A DNA stretch of 63,052 bases, the filler included, from an uncultured bacterium (GTDB taxonomy: Bacteria; CAYSBA01): the NCBI GenBank assembly GCA_964429075.1. It is 7 parts of 7 records of this genome, joined end to end, with 100 filler letters (N's around TTAATTAATTAA, not from the genome) between each part and the next. Parts side by side here need not be neighbours in the genome. Positions count along the whole stretch, not along the records: positions 27,733 to 36,605 come from CAYSBA010000035.1; positions 36,706 to 45,494 come from CAYSBA010000036.1; 5 more parts are not named here. The stretch is one strand, 5' to 3'. A program made the translations under genes and the position numbers. The notes beneath the pieces were generated by a model. It did not search any database, was not told where the DNA came from, and saw only the letters and a program-made list of their open reading frames with translations. Positions within the stretch are counted from its first letter, which is position 1, and each line of letters opens with the position of its first letter. Of this stretch, positions 27,733-37,919 are shown piece after piece.

Positions 27733-30700
27733 TGCACCGTTTGAAGTTATTGCCTCTAACTCTGCCACAGGTGCATCATTTACTGCAGTAACTGTAACTA
27801 CATCGCTTGAGCTCAATCCTCCTGTATCGGTTACTATTAGCTGAACAACATAATTACCCACTATGTCAGGTGTAAAGGTAAGGGTTGTCCCACTGTATGT
27901 CCCAGTAAGTACGCTGCTTCCAGCAGGTACAGACAGGATCTCCCACTCAAGCGAAAGGGTATCAAAGGTATCAGCCGGATTTGGATCGTAGCTGTTTGAT
28001 CCATCAAGTGTTACTGCTACATTCTTACTCCAGCTTAAATCATCCCCGGCCACTGCAACAGGTGCTACATTGCTAACAGTAACTACTAGATTTGCAAAGG
28101 CAGTTGCACTGCTTCCGTCAACATCCTGTACGACAAGTTTAACACCATATGTGCCGGCAATATCGGGTGTGAAACTAAATGTATCACCGCTCACTGAGCC
28201 TGTTACATCCACAAGGCTGTAATCCGGTTTCTGGGTAACCTGCCAGTGGCATGTAACATCTCCACCATCTGGATCATAACTACCGTTGCAATCAAAGCTT
28301 GCTTCGTTACCTAATACAACTATTGTGTCTCCATTTAACACAGCCACTGGAGGTACATTACCAACAACCGCTCTTACAGTAACAGATCCACTCGTTACAG
28401 CGCCATTATTATCCCTCAAAAGTATATCAACATTGTAATCACCTGCAACATCGGGTGTAAACTGAAATACTCCATTAGTGCTCCAGTCTGTCCATGCATA
28501 ACTGACATTTTGATCACTGCTTCCCTCGGGTTTAGAAGAGACTCGGAAATTCCACTCAATTGTATCGGCTGGGTTGGGATCAAAAGAATTTGAGGCATCT
28601 ACCGTTGCCTGCTGCCCTACCCTTACTATGATAGGATCAAATTCTGTAACAAGAACAGGTGCAGCATTCCCTGCTATGGCTGTTACCTGGACAGTATCAG
28701 AGTCTGATGCACCATCTGGATCTGTTACGGTAAGCTCAAGCACGTAGATACCCTCAACATCAGGCGTAAAGCTGTAATTGACAGAATCACCGGATACACT
28801 TAATGAGCTTGTTGTCGGTTTGTTAACAAGACGCCAGCTGTAAGTCAGGGTATCGCCGTTTGGATCATAGCTGGCAGAACCATCGAGATCAACCTGAAGA
28901 CCCACCTGAGTTACAAGGTCTTTACCAGCATCTGCCACAGGTGCAGCATTGCCCTTAATAGCATTTACATCTACAGTAGCTTCATCCCAGAGACCCCTTG
29001 AATCTGTGACCCTTAATTTGACTCTGTAGGTACCCTCTACATCGGGTGTAAAGCTGAAGGTTGAATCAATTCCAGGAGTTGTGTCTATCGCACTTCCTGA
29101 AGGTATACTTACAAAGCTCCACTCATAGCTAAGGGGTGTATCGTTGTTTACATCGTAGGATGATGAACCATCAAGCACAACCTGTTCGTTTACCTTTACA
29201 ATGTAGCTTGAGGGTACCACTGCAACAGGTGGAGTATTGTCTTCGTATACCGTTACTGTTACAAGATCTGGATCACTTACATCTGCACCATCAGATACAA
29301 CCAGGCTGATTACATAATCTCCAACCACATCGGGTATAAATGTAGTTGTCTGAGTATCTGTTGAATCAAGAACAGCTGAGCTACCATTTGGTTTTGATAC
29401 AAAACTCCATGTAAAGCTCAGGGTATCACCATCAGGATCAAAGCTTAAAGAACCATCGAGTGTTACACCATTTGCAGCATCAGAAAGAGCAACAAGAAGA
29501 TCTGAACCAGCATTTGCTACAGGAGGCCTGTTGTCGGTTTTTGCATTGACCACCACTGTATCAAGATCACTAACGAGGCCATCATTATCCTGAACAAAAA
29601 GACCAATAATATATATCCCGCCTGTTGATGCAGTAAAGCCAGGATTTATTGTATCTTGTCTTATTAAAGACCCATCAAAACCATCGGGCGTAGAAATAAA
29701 GAACCAATGATAACTATCTATTTGACCGTCAAGATCATAACTCTGGCTGCCGTCTAAGATGACCTCTCCACCAATCTCTACATCTATATCGGATCCTGCA
29801 ACTGCAACAGGTGGTATTGAATCTGATTTAACAGTCACAGTAAAGGTAGCAGGATCACTATCTTGAGTACCATCGTTTACCACAAGAGAAAAGACATAAT
29901 CTCCCTCAACATCAGGAGTGATGGTCTGGCTTGATTGGGTATCGTCTGTCAAGGTAACTGCACTACCCTCTGGCACTGAATCTAAGCTCCATTTGTAAGT
30001 GAGGGTATTACCATCAGGATCGTAACTTGTCTCACCACTTAAGGTCAGATCATCTCCAAATTTGACATAGGAAGGACCTGTAATAACTGCAACAGGTGGC
30101 GCATCCTGTTTGTATGCATTTATAACAAGCCTGGCAGGCTCGCTTGTAAACTCACCATCATTTACATATAGATTTATTACATATTCACCTTCCACATCCG
30201 GGATAAACCTTGCAACAGGTGAGGTATAATTCATTATCACGGCAGAACTACCATCGGGCCTTGATTGAAATGTCCAGTTGTAGGTTATAGTATCAAGATT
30301 GTCATCATGGCTCATTGTACCATCAAGGTTAACTACCTTGTTTAAAAGCACACTCTTTTTTGCAGTTGCAACTGCAACTGGTGGTACATTACCCAGTACG
30401 GCAGTAACAACCACTGTATCCATCTCACTCGATGTAAACCCATCGGAGACTACAAGACCAATCTCGTAATCACCCTCGACATCTGGTGTGAAATAAGACA
30501 TAACACTTGTTGCGTTACGCAGGGTTGCAACACTACCAGCAGGTGCGCTCACAATCGACCAGCTGTACCATAAAGAATCGCCATCAGGATCGTAACTACC
30601 GCTTCCATTAAAGGTTACCCTCTGCCCCACATTTACAGTAACATCCTGGCCTGCAACTGCCACAGGTGCGCTGTTGCCGCGGGTTGCTCTGATTGTTATC

Positions 30701-31353
30701 GTTGCAGGACTGCTGCTGAGTTGCTCTGTTGCATCATCTCTAACATCGGTTACAATAAGATTTATAACATAATCACCTTCAACATCGGGTGTAAATTTTG
30801 CTTGAGAGGTAGTATCTGTGCCCTCTGCAAATTCTGCAACAGAACGGTTGGGTTTGGACAGAAAATACCATTTGTAGGTTATTTCATCACCATCGGGATC
30901 ATAACTGCTGCTACCATCGAGTACAACCTCCTGACCAACCGGTGCCTGTCTGTTTGCACCCACTACTGCTACAGGAGCGTGATTTACATCTGTTGCTGTA
31001 ACAGTTACATCAGATGCTTTGCTGTAAAGAAACCCATCATAAACAACAAGTCGAACCGTATAATCTCCGGGTTTATCAGCCTGAAAAGATGGCTTCTGTA
31101 ACTCAGGATTATTTAACACCGCATTACTGCCAGCAGGCATTGCTATGATCTGCCAGTTGTACTTTAGAGCTGCCCCCTCTGGATCACGGCTCTTTGAGCC
31201 ATCAAGCTGTACCCAATCACCTACTTTTACATCAGTTTTGTCTGCCTGTGCTGAAGCAATAGGTGGCTCATTTTTTTCGTTTTGTTTGCATGAGAAAAGA
31301 AGACCTGCTAACATCAATAAAAATACGATCCTGATGGCTGTATTTTTAAACAT
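27733..31353 (-). CDS. PKD/Ig-like tandem-repeat lipoprotein, 3'-truncated (12 complete repeats and the start of a 13th)
   Basis: SD AGGAGGAGG before the ATG at 31353; lipobox LFSC; repeats of about 95-100 aa: PVA...LDGSxSYDPDGD...W...PxGS...FTPDVEGxY...LxVxD. Confidence 0.9.
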
Positions 31354-31505
31354 ACCTCCTCCTTTTGTAAAAATATTTTTCCAATATAAACAAATCGACA
31401 TAAAATGTCAATAGCATAAAATTCCAGACAATAAATATTTGACCATTTTGTCTCCTTGATGTAATCACTACATAAATTCATCTTAAATTTAAAAAAGAGG
31501 TAAAT

Positions 31506-32093
31506 ATGAACAGATTAGTTGAAAAAGGACTTCTTGCCCTAACCTTAATATTTATTGCAGCCTGTGCATCACATAAACCGATCGTTAAAAAAGAACAGAA
31601 AAAGAGCGCTGTACCCACCATGGAAAAGGAAAAGGATACATCAGGATATATTGTCAAAAAGTATGATCTCAATGGTGATCAGAAGCCTGATGTCCTGAAA
31701 TACTTTAAAAAAGAGGGTGATAAAGAGATATTGGTAAAGAAGAAGACAGATCTGAATCAGGATGGGAAGATAGATGTTATTGAATTTTTTGATCCAAAGG
31801 GAAACAAGATAAAGGATGAGGTTGATCTCGATTTTGACGGTAAGATAGATCTTACAAGCTACTACCAGGGAGGCCAACTTGTAAAGCAGGAAATGGATAC
31901 AGATTTTAATCAGAAACCAGATCTATGGAAGTATTTCGAAAATAAACAGATTGTTAAAAAAGAGAGAGACATGAATGGAGATGGGGTGGTAGATTACTGG
32001 GAATACTACGATAAGGGTGAGTTAAATAGGATCGGCATAGACACCGATGGTGATGGTGTTATTGATAAATGGTTAAAGGGTAAAAACGAATAA
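31506..32093 (+). CDS. Lipoprotein with six DxNxDGxxD (Ca-binding-loop-like) repeats
   Basis: Lipobox IAAC; DLNGDQKPD, DLNQDGKID, DLDFDGKID, DTDFNQKPD, DMNGDGVVD, DTDGDGVID. Confidence 0.8.
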   Translation: MNRLVEKGLLALTLIFIAACASHKPIVKKEQKKSAVPTMEKEKDTSGYIVKKYDLNGDQKPDVLKYFKKEGDKEILVKKKTDLNQDGKIDVIEFFDPKGNKIKDEVDLDFDGKIDLTSYYQGGQLVKQEMDTDFNQKPDLWKYFENKQIVKKERDMNGDGVVDYWEYYDKGELNRIGIDTDGDGVIDKWLKGKNE

Positions 32094-32157
32094 AACTCAA
32101 TCACTTCTACCCTTCATCAATTTATAACAATATAGTTAATTAAAGCAGGAGGAACAG

Positions 32158-32799
32158 ATGAAGCTTTTTATTGATAGTGCTATAATCGATGAGATAAAAG
32201 AGGCTGCATCATGGGGAGTTATTGAAGGAGTAACCACAAATCCATCACTTTTAAAAAAGGCCGGTCTTGATCCTGACGAAGCGATTACAGAAATATGTAA
32301 CATTGTAAATGGCCCTGTTAGTTATGAAGCCACAGCACAGGTCGCTGACGAGATTGTAAAACAGGCAGAAAGAATTTCACAGATCCATCCTAATATAAAT
32401 GTCAAGATTGCAATGGACAAAGAGGGCATAAAGGCAATTAGTAGGCTATCTAAAAAAGGAATCAAGACAAATGCTACACTCATTTTTAGTATAAATCAGG
32501 GGATACTTGCTGTTAATGCAGGCGCAACCTTTGTCAGTCCATTTATAGGGCGTCTCGATGATATCGGGCATGATGGAATGGAGGTGGTTGATGGTCTTGT
32601 TGAATATATTGAAAAGTATGGATTCGATACAGAGGTGATCGCTGCAAGCATAAGGCATCCTGCTCACGTAATCGATGCAATGCGCTGTGGGGCCCATATT
32701 GCTACAATCCCATATAAGGTCCTTGTTCAGATGTTTAAACATCCTCTTACCGACATAGGTATTGAAAGATTCTTAAATGATTGGAGAACACTGAAATGA
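32158..32799 (+). CDS. fsa: Transaldolase / fructose-6-phosphate aldolase family
   Basis: GVTTNPSL, NVKI, TLIFS, SPFIGRLDD, AASIRHP, HPLTDIG. Confidence 0.95.
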   Translation: MKLFIDSAIIDEIKEAASWGVIEGVTTNPSLLKKAGLDPDEAITEICNIVNGPVSYEATAQVADEIVKQAERISQIHPNINVKIAMDKEGIKAISRLSKKGIKTNATLIFSINQGILAVNAGATFVSPFIGRLDDIGHDGMEVVDGLVEYIEKYGFDTEVIAASIRHPAHVIDAMRCGAHIATIPYKVLVQMFKHPLTDIGIERFLNDWRTLK

Positions 32800-34037
32800 A
32801 TACCCTGGATTTCAAAAAAATCTTGGAGTCAAGAAAGAGAGTAAACGTAAAGCATCCAGATATCTTTGAAAAATGCAGGAGATTTGAGGCAGCAGAGGCA
32901 GCAAGACAGCTTGGCTACTACCCATATTACATCCCTATAGATCAGAATGATGGCCCTGTTGCCATAATTGATGGTAAAGAGATGATCATGTGCGGATCCA
33001 ACAATTATCTGGGTCTTACAACCCATCCAGAAGTAAAAGAGGCAGCAATAGAGGCCATAAAAAAGTATGGCACAAGCAACACGGGTTCACGTTTTTTAAA
33101 CGGAACCCTAAAGCTTCATCATGAACTTGAAGAGGAACTTGCCGATTTTGTAAAAAAAGAAAAGGCAATAGTCTTCAGTACAGGTTTTCAGGTAAACCTC
33201 GGTACAATAAGTGCCATTGTTTCACGAGACGATTGGGTAATTATAGACAAACTGGATCATGCGAGTATTATCGATGGATGTATCCTAAGTGGTGGGGTAC
33301 TAAAGAGATTCAGACACAATGATACCGATGATCTGGAGAAACTTCTAAAAAAAGCACCAGATGACGTTGGTAAGCTTGTTGTTGTTGATGGGATATTCAG
33401 CATGGAGGGCGACATTGCAAGATTAGATGCTATTGTTGATGTCTGCAAACGATATGGTGCAAGATTGATGGTGGACGATGCCCATTCTATCGGAGTACTT
33501 GGAGATCATGGAAGAGGGACGGCAAACCACTTTGGTCTTGATGATGAGGTTGATCTCATAATGGGCACATTCAGCAAATCCTTTGCATCTCTTGGAGGCT
33601 TTGTTGCTGGTAGTAAAGAGGTTATAGACTTTATAAAACACCATGCAAGGAGTCTTATCTTTTCAGCAAGTATGCCCGCATCAAATCTTGCATCTGTTAA
33701 AGCTGCCCTGAAGATTATGCGAGAAGATGCAGGTCTTGTTGAAAAACTATGGGAAAACGTAAGATACATTAAGCAGGGGTTTGTTCAACTTGGTTTTGAT
33801 ACTGGAGAGAGTGAGACCCCAATAATTCCCATTATCATTGGTGATGAGGCAAAGACCCTGCTCTTCTGGAAGGATCTATTTGATGCTGGCGTCTATGTTA
33901 ATCCTGTTCTAAGTCCTGCTGTACCTCCAAACCGTGCACTCCTCAGGACAAGCTACATGGCAACCCATAAAAAAGAGCAACTCGATAAGGTCCTTGAAGA
34001 GTTTGAAAAAATTGGCAAAAAATATGGCGTGATTTAA
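32796..34037 (+). CDS. spt: Serine palmitoyltransferase (alpha-oxoamine synthase family)
   Basis: GSNNYLGL, GSRFLNGT, DHASIIDG, FSMEGD, DDAHSIG, PLP-lysine motif GTFSKS, LIFSAS; ATGA overlap with fsa; followed by a CerS-like GNAT. Confidence 0.85.
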   Translation: MNTLDFKKILESRKRVNVKHPDIFEKCRRFEAAEAARQLGYYPYYIPIDQNDGPVAIIDGKEMIMCGSNNYLGLTTHPEVKEAAIEAIKKYGTSNTGSRFLNGTLKLHHELEEELADFVKKEKAIVFSTGFQVNLGTISAIVSRDDWVIIDKLDHASIIDGCILSGGVLKRFRHNDTDDLEKLLKKAPDDVGKLVVVDGIFSMEGDIARLDAIVDVCKRYGARLMVDDAHSIGVLGDHGRGTANHFGLDDEVDLIMGTFSKSFASLGGFVAGSKEVIDFIKHHARSLIFSASMPASNLASVKAALKIMREDAGLVEKLWENVRYIKQGFVQLGFDTGESETPIIPIIIGDEAKTLLFWKDLFDAGVYVNPVLSPAVPPNRALLRTSYMATHKKEQLDKVLEEFEKIGKKYGVI

Positions 34038-34058
34038 CAACCCACATAGGAGATCATA

Positions 34059-35180
34059 GTGATTGTTGAAATAGATATTAACAACAAAAAGGAGCTCCTT
34101 CGTTTTATACGGCAACCTTATTTTATTTATAGAGATGATCCCAATTGGGTCACCCCACTCGAACTCGATAGATTAGATTTTTTTAACAAAAAGAAAAATC
34201 CTTTTTTTGAACATTCAGAGGTCAAATTTTTTATAGCTACAAAGCATGGAAAAGATGTGGGGAGGATAACTGCCCATATTGATCACAATTTTAATGATTT
34301 TCAGGGCGTAAAATGGGGCATGTTCGGTTTTTTTGAAACCATAGATGATCAAGAAATAGCAATTGAGTTGTTAGAAAAAGCAGAAGAATTCTGTAGGTTA
34401 AAGGGGATGGAAGAAATCGTTGGTCCTATGAATTTTAACACGAACCATGAATGTGGCCTTTTGGTTGAGGGTTTTGACACACCACCCTTTGTGATGATGA
34501 CACACAATCCACCCTATTATATGAGGCTGTTAGAAAAAAATGGCTACACAAAATACAAAGACCTATACGCATACAGAAGAGACACAGATGCACCTGTTCC
34601 AGAAAAGATAGAAAAATTTGTTGAGACAATAAAGAGCAAAAAGAATATAAAAACACGCACTGTCAACCTTAAAAGATTTGATGAAGAGGTAAAAAAAATA
34701 CAGGATATCTACAACAGAGCCTGGGAGAAAAACTGGGGCTTTGTGCCAATGACAGACAAAGAATTCAGGAAACTGGCAGAGGACCTCAAAATGATCGTGA
34801 TTCCTGACCTTGGTATCTTTGCAGAAGTGGACAATAGACCTGTTGGATTTTCGCTAACAATACCCAACATAAACGAGATCCTCCACAATATGAATGGTAA
34901 ATTATTGCCATTTGGCATATTAAAACTTCTTTGGGGTCTTAAGGTAAAACGACCAAAGACCTGCAGACTTATAATCCTTGGTGTAAAGGAGGGATACAGA
35001 CGACGTGGTATTGAGGCTGTTTTATATTACGAAACACTCATAACAGCAAGGCGACTCGGCTTTAAGTGGGGTGAAATCTCCTGGACCCTTGAAGATAATG
35101 TACTGATAAATAGGCCAATAGAAAACATGGGTGGCAAACTATATAAACGATACAGAATCTACGGTAAAAAGCTATCATGA
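34059..35180 (+). CDS. bcerS: Bacterial ceramide synthase-like GNAT N-acyltransferase
   Basis: YRDDPNWVTPL, NPFFEH, VGRITA, FGFFE, GLLVEGF, HNPPYY, AWEKNWGFVPMT, EISWTLEDN, YKRYRIY; directly after spt. Confidence 0.8.
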   Translation: MIVEIDINNKKELLRFIRQPYFIYRDDPNWVTPLELDRLDFFNKKKNPFFEHSEVKFFIATKHGKDVGRITAHIDHNFNDFQGVKWGMFGFFETIDDQEIAIELLEKAEEFCRLKGMEEIVGPMNFNTNHECGLLVEGFDTPPFVMMTHNPPYYMRLLEKNGYTKYKDLYAYRRDTDAPVPEKIEKFVETIKSKKNIKTRTVNLKRFDEEVKKIQDIYNRAWEKNWGFVPMTDKEFRKLAEDLKMIVIPDLGIFAEVDNRPVGFSLTIPNINEILHNMNGKLLPFGILKLLWGLKVKRPKTCRLIILGVKEGYRRRGIEAVLYYETLITARRLGFKWGEISWTLEDNVLINRPIENMGGKLYKRYRIYGKKLS

Positions 35181-36169
35181 ATATACTTGTAACAGGCGCT
35201 ACAGGCTTTGTAGGCAAAAACCTTGTAAAGGCATTGTTGCAAAAAAATCACAATGTTACATGTGCTGTTAGAAATCCTAAAAAAGCAGTTATTCTTAAAG
35301 AATGGGGTGCTGAGCTTTTGATCATCCCTGATCTTTCAAAATTTGATATTATTGCTGATAAAGTAAACAAAGAAGATGTAGTGGTTCATATTGCTGGAAC
35401 AGTAAGGGCTGTATCGGAAAAAGACTACATAAAAACCAATGCAGAGGGTACGAAAAAAGTAGCTCAAACAGTATTAACCACAGAAAAAAGGCCTTTTATG
35501 ATCTATCTCAGTAGCCTTGCTGCTGCAGGACCTTCTAAATTAGATAAACCTATCACTGAAGAACATTATGAAAGTCCAATTACTCCTTATGGGAGAAGCA
35601 AATTTATGGGTGAGCTGATGCTCAAATCTGTATATAGAGCATACAACTGTAATAACTTTTGCATCTTAAGACCCCCCGTAATCTATGGCCCCTTTGACAA
35701 GGATGTTTATACCTTTTTTAAACTGGCAAAGCAGGGAATCCTGCCTGTACCTGGCAATGGTAAATCCCGTATATCTATCATCCATGTAAATGATGTGGTG
35801 GAATCGATCTTCTGTGCAATACATAATATTGATAAGGCATCTGGCAATATCTATTTTATTGATGATAATAAAGACTACAGCTGGCTTGAAATCTGTGAAT
35901 TTTTCAGACAGGCTGTAAATCCTCAGGCTGTAAACCTCAAGACCCCCATATTTATATCAAGCCTGGTTGCGCAATTTGGCGAACTCTATAAATTCATTAC
36001 AAAAAAACCTGCTCTTTTAGACAGGGACAAGATAACTGAGATGAAAATCTCCGCCTGGACCTCACGTTCCTATAAGATAAGAAAGGAGCTTGGCTTTAAA
36101 AATAAAATTGACCTGAAAGATGGTATCTATCAAACCTATAGATGGTATAAAGACAACAGGTGGCTATAG
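35177..36169 (+). CDS. cerR: NAD-dependent epimerase/dehydratase (extended SDR), probable oxidised-ceramide reductase
   Basis: TGATGFVG, SSLAA, YGRSK, RPPVIYGP; ATGA overlap with the CerS-like gene. The function is assigned from operon context. Confidence 0.68.
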   Translation: MNILVTGATGFVGKNLVKALLQKNHNVTCAVRNPKKAVILKEWGAELLIIPDLSKFDIIADKVNKEDVVVHIAGTVRAVSEKDYIKTNAEGTKKVAQTVLTTEKRPFMIYLSSLAAAGPSKLDKPITEEHYESPITPYGRSKFMGELMLKSVYRAYNCNNFCILRPPVIYGPFDKDVYTFFKLAKQGILPVPGNGKSRISIIHVNDVVESIFCAIHNIDKASGNIYFIDDNKDYSWLEICEFFRQAVNPQAVNLKTPIFISSLVAQFGELYKFITKKPALLDRDKITEMKISAWTSRSYKIRKELGFKNKIDLKDGIYQTYRWYKDNRWL

Positions 36170-36229
36170 TATGATTTACTATTTTTCTTTTCTTGCTGGT
36201 TGATTCTCTTTTTTGTTCTCTGTCTTTTT

Positions 36230-36520
36230 TTACTTTTGTTCTGTATTCTGTTCTGATTCAACCTTTTTTTTCTCTTTTGCCTTTTTTTTCATTACTTCAA
36301 GCTTCTTTTGTAGAACCCTTGTCTGTACCTCATTAGAAACCTGCAATTCATTTTCTGTCTGGATTCTAAAGATCGCCGGGTTAATACCAACAAAATTCAT
36401 TACCGAAAGGATTAGTGCCAGAAGTGCAATAATAAGTGCAATTCCTGCAACAGAATTACTTCCTTCATCCATATTTGCCCTCCATCTTTTTTTATCTATT
36501 TTATACTTTATTCTCATCAT
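36230..36520 (-). CDS. Small single-TM hypothetical protein with charged tail
   Basis: VAGIALIIALLALILSV TM segment followed by a K/E-rich tail; the start may be the later MDEGSN. Confidence 0.55.
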   Translation of the reverse strand: MMRIKYKIDKKRWRANMDEGSNSVAGIALIIALLALILSVMNFVGINPAIFRIQTENELQVSNEVQTRVLQKKLEVMKKKAKEKKKVESEQNTEQK

Positions 36521-36605
36521 TTTGACTTTTTGTCAATATTTAATCTCGATTTCTGTAAACCTATCAAAGGACAACGAGAAGAGATAAAATATGTGATATG
36601 AGGTA

Positions 36606-36705
36606 NNNNNNNNNNNNNNNNNNNNNNNNNNNNNNNNNNNNNNNNNNNNTTAATTAATTAANNNNNNNNNNNNNNNNNNNNNNNNNNNNNNNNNNNNNNN
36701 NNNNN
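36606..36705. other. Artificial contig linker
   Basis: 44 N + TTAATTAATTAA + 44 N. Confidence 0.97.
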
Positions 36706-37902
36706 TTATTATTAATTGTAAATATTCCTTTACAGCTTGATGCCAGAGAAGGAACAAACTTCACTTCTAAGACAAAAGATTATCTTCTTGCCAGAAGGAG
36801 GTATAGAAGGGTAAAAAAGTCTACTAAAAAAGACAAAAAAACTGATAAGAAAAATAAAAAAAATACAACCAAGATACAAAATAAAAAGTCCAAAAATAAA
36901 AGTAATTCAAAGAAGGATAGTATAAAAAAAGAAAAAAGCAGTATCGTTAAAAAAGCAAACAAAAAAGAAAAAAAGATCAATAAAAAGCCCACAAAACAAC
37001 AAAAAAAGACCTATGAAGCAGAAGGGGTAGATATACAGATTAGAAAGATGGCAGATAAGATTGCAGATGCTTTCAGAACCATCCCGGGGAATGCACGATA
37101 CATGAGGCTTGCAGTTTTAAAGTTTGATGAAAATGGCGAAGAGTCCAAAAAAAGAAAGCTCGGTAGTGTAATAACAGCAGAGCTTACCACCTATTTTAAG
37201 AGAGACCATCTTTTTAACCTTATTGAAAGACAGAAGATGACAGAGGCACTCAAAGAGATCCAGCTTGCTCAAACAGGAGTGATAGATGAGAGTAGTGCAG
37301 CGAAGGTGGGTAAATTTTTAGGTGCACAGGCCCTGGTTGTGGGTAGTGTCTCCGATGCAGGTGATAAATTTCTCGTCAACGCCAGAATAATCTCTGTGGA
37401 GACTGCAAAGGTACTCACCACTGCCAGAATGGTAATAAAGGCAAAGGACCTTGTTACCTTATCAAGTGCTGCTGTTGTGCTTCGTTCAAAAAAGGATGCA
37501 CTCTTCAGGTCATTACTGATACCTGGTTGGGGGCAGATATACAATAGAGAGCCTGCCAAGGGATTTACAATTATGACTCTTGAAGTAGGACTCTTAGGTG
37601 GTGCTATTGCGACACATCTTTTGGGGATGAATTATCAGAAAAAGTATGAAGATTCTACAAGTTCTGAGGATGCAAAAAATTTTAAACAAAAGGGTGAGAG
37701 TTACTATAAAACGAGGAACTATCTTCTCTATGGCGCAGGGGTCCTCTGGTTGATAAATGTTGTAGATGCTTATGTGAGCGGTGTGGATGGTGAAGACCTT
37801 CTTGGGGAAAAGGTCACAACAGGTAGAAAGAGACATTTTATGCCTTATGTAAGGCTTAACAATAGTAGTTTGGGTTTTGGTATCATTTATAGTGTCAAAT
37901 AG
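36706..37902 (+). CDS. CsgG/FlgO-like domain protein with Lys-rich N-terminal region and DUF5683-like C-terminal region, 5'-truncated
   Basis: The frame is open from the contig start (LLLIVNIPLQLDAREG...), upstream of the 37048 ATG. LAVLKF, LIERQKM, AAKVGKFLGAQALVVGSV, VNARIISVETA; ALFRSLLIPGWGQIYN and INVVDAY. Confidence 0.78.
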   Translation, partial: LLLIVNIPLQLDAREGTNFTSKTKDYLLARRRYRRVKKSTKKDKKTDKKNKKNTTKIQNKKSKNKSNSKKDSIKKEKSSIVKKANKKEKKINKKPTKQQKKTYEAEGVDIQIRKMADKIADAFRTIPGNARYMRLAVLKFDENGEESKKRKLGSVITAELTTYFKRDHLFNLIERQKMTEALKEIQLAQTGVIDESSAAKVGKFLGAQALVVGSVSDAGDKFLVNARIISVETAKVLTTARMVIKAKDLVTLSSAAVVLRSKKDALFRSLLIPGWGQIYNREPAKGFTIMTLEVGLLGGAIATHLLGMNYQKKYEDSTSSEDAKNFKQKGESYYKTRNYLLYGAGVLWLINVVDAYVSGVDGEDLLGEKVTTGRKRHFMPYVRLNNSSLGFGIIYSVK

Positions 37903-37919
37903 AGAAGATGGAGATTATT

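Noticed and set aside
36213..36587. Phe-rich 124-aa plus-strand ORF
   Set aside because: Antisense shadow of the K/E-rich minus-strand gene.
36780..36992. Hydrophobic 70-aa minus-strand ORF
   Set aside because: It is the antisense shadow of the Lys-rich plus-strand coding segment (AAA read as TTT).
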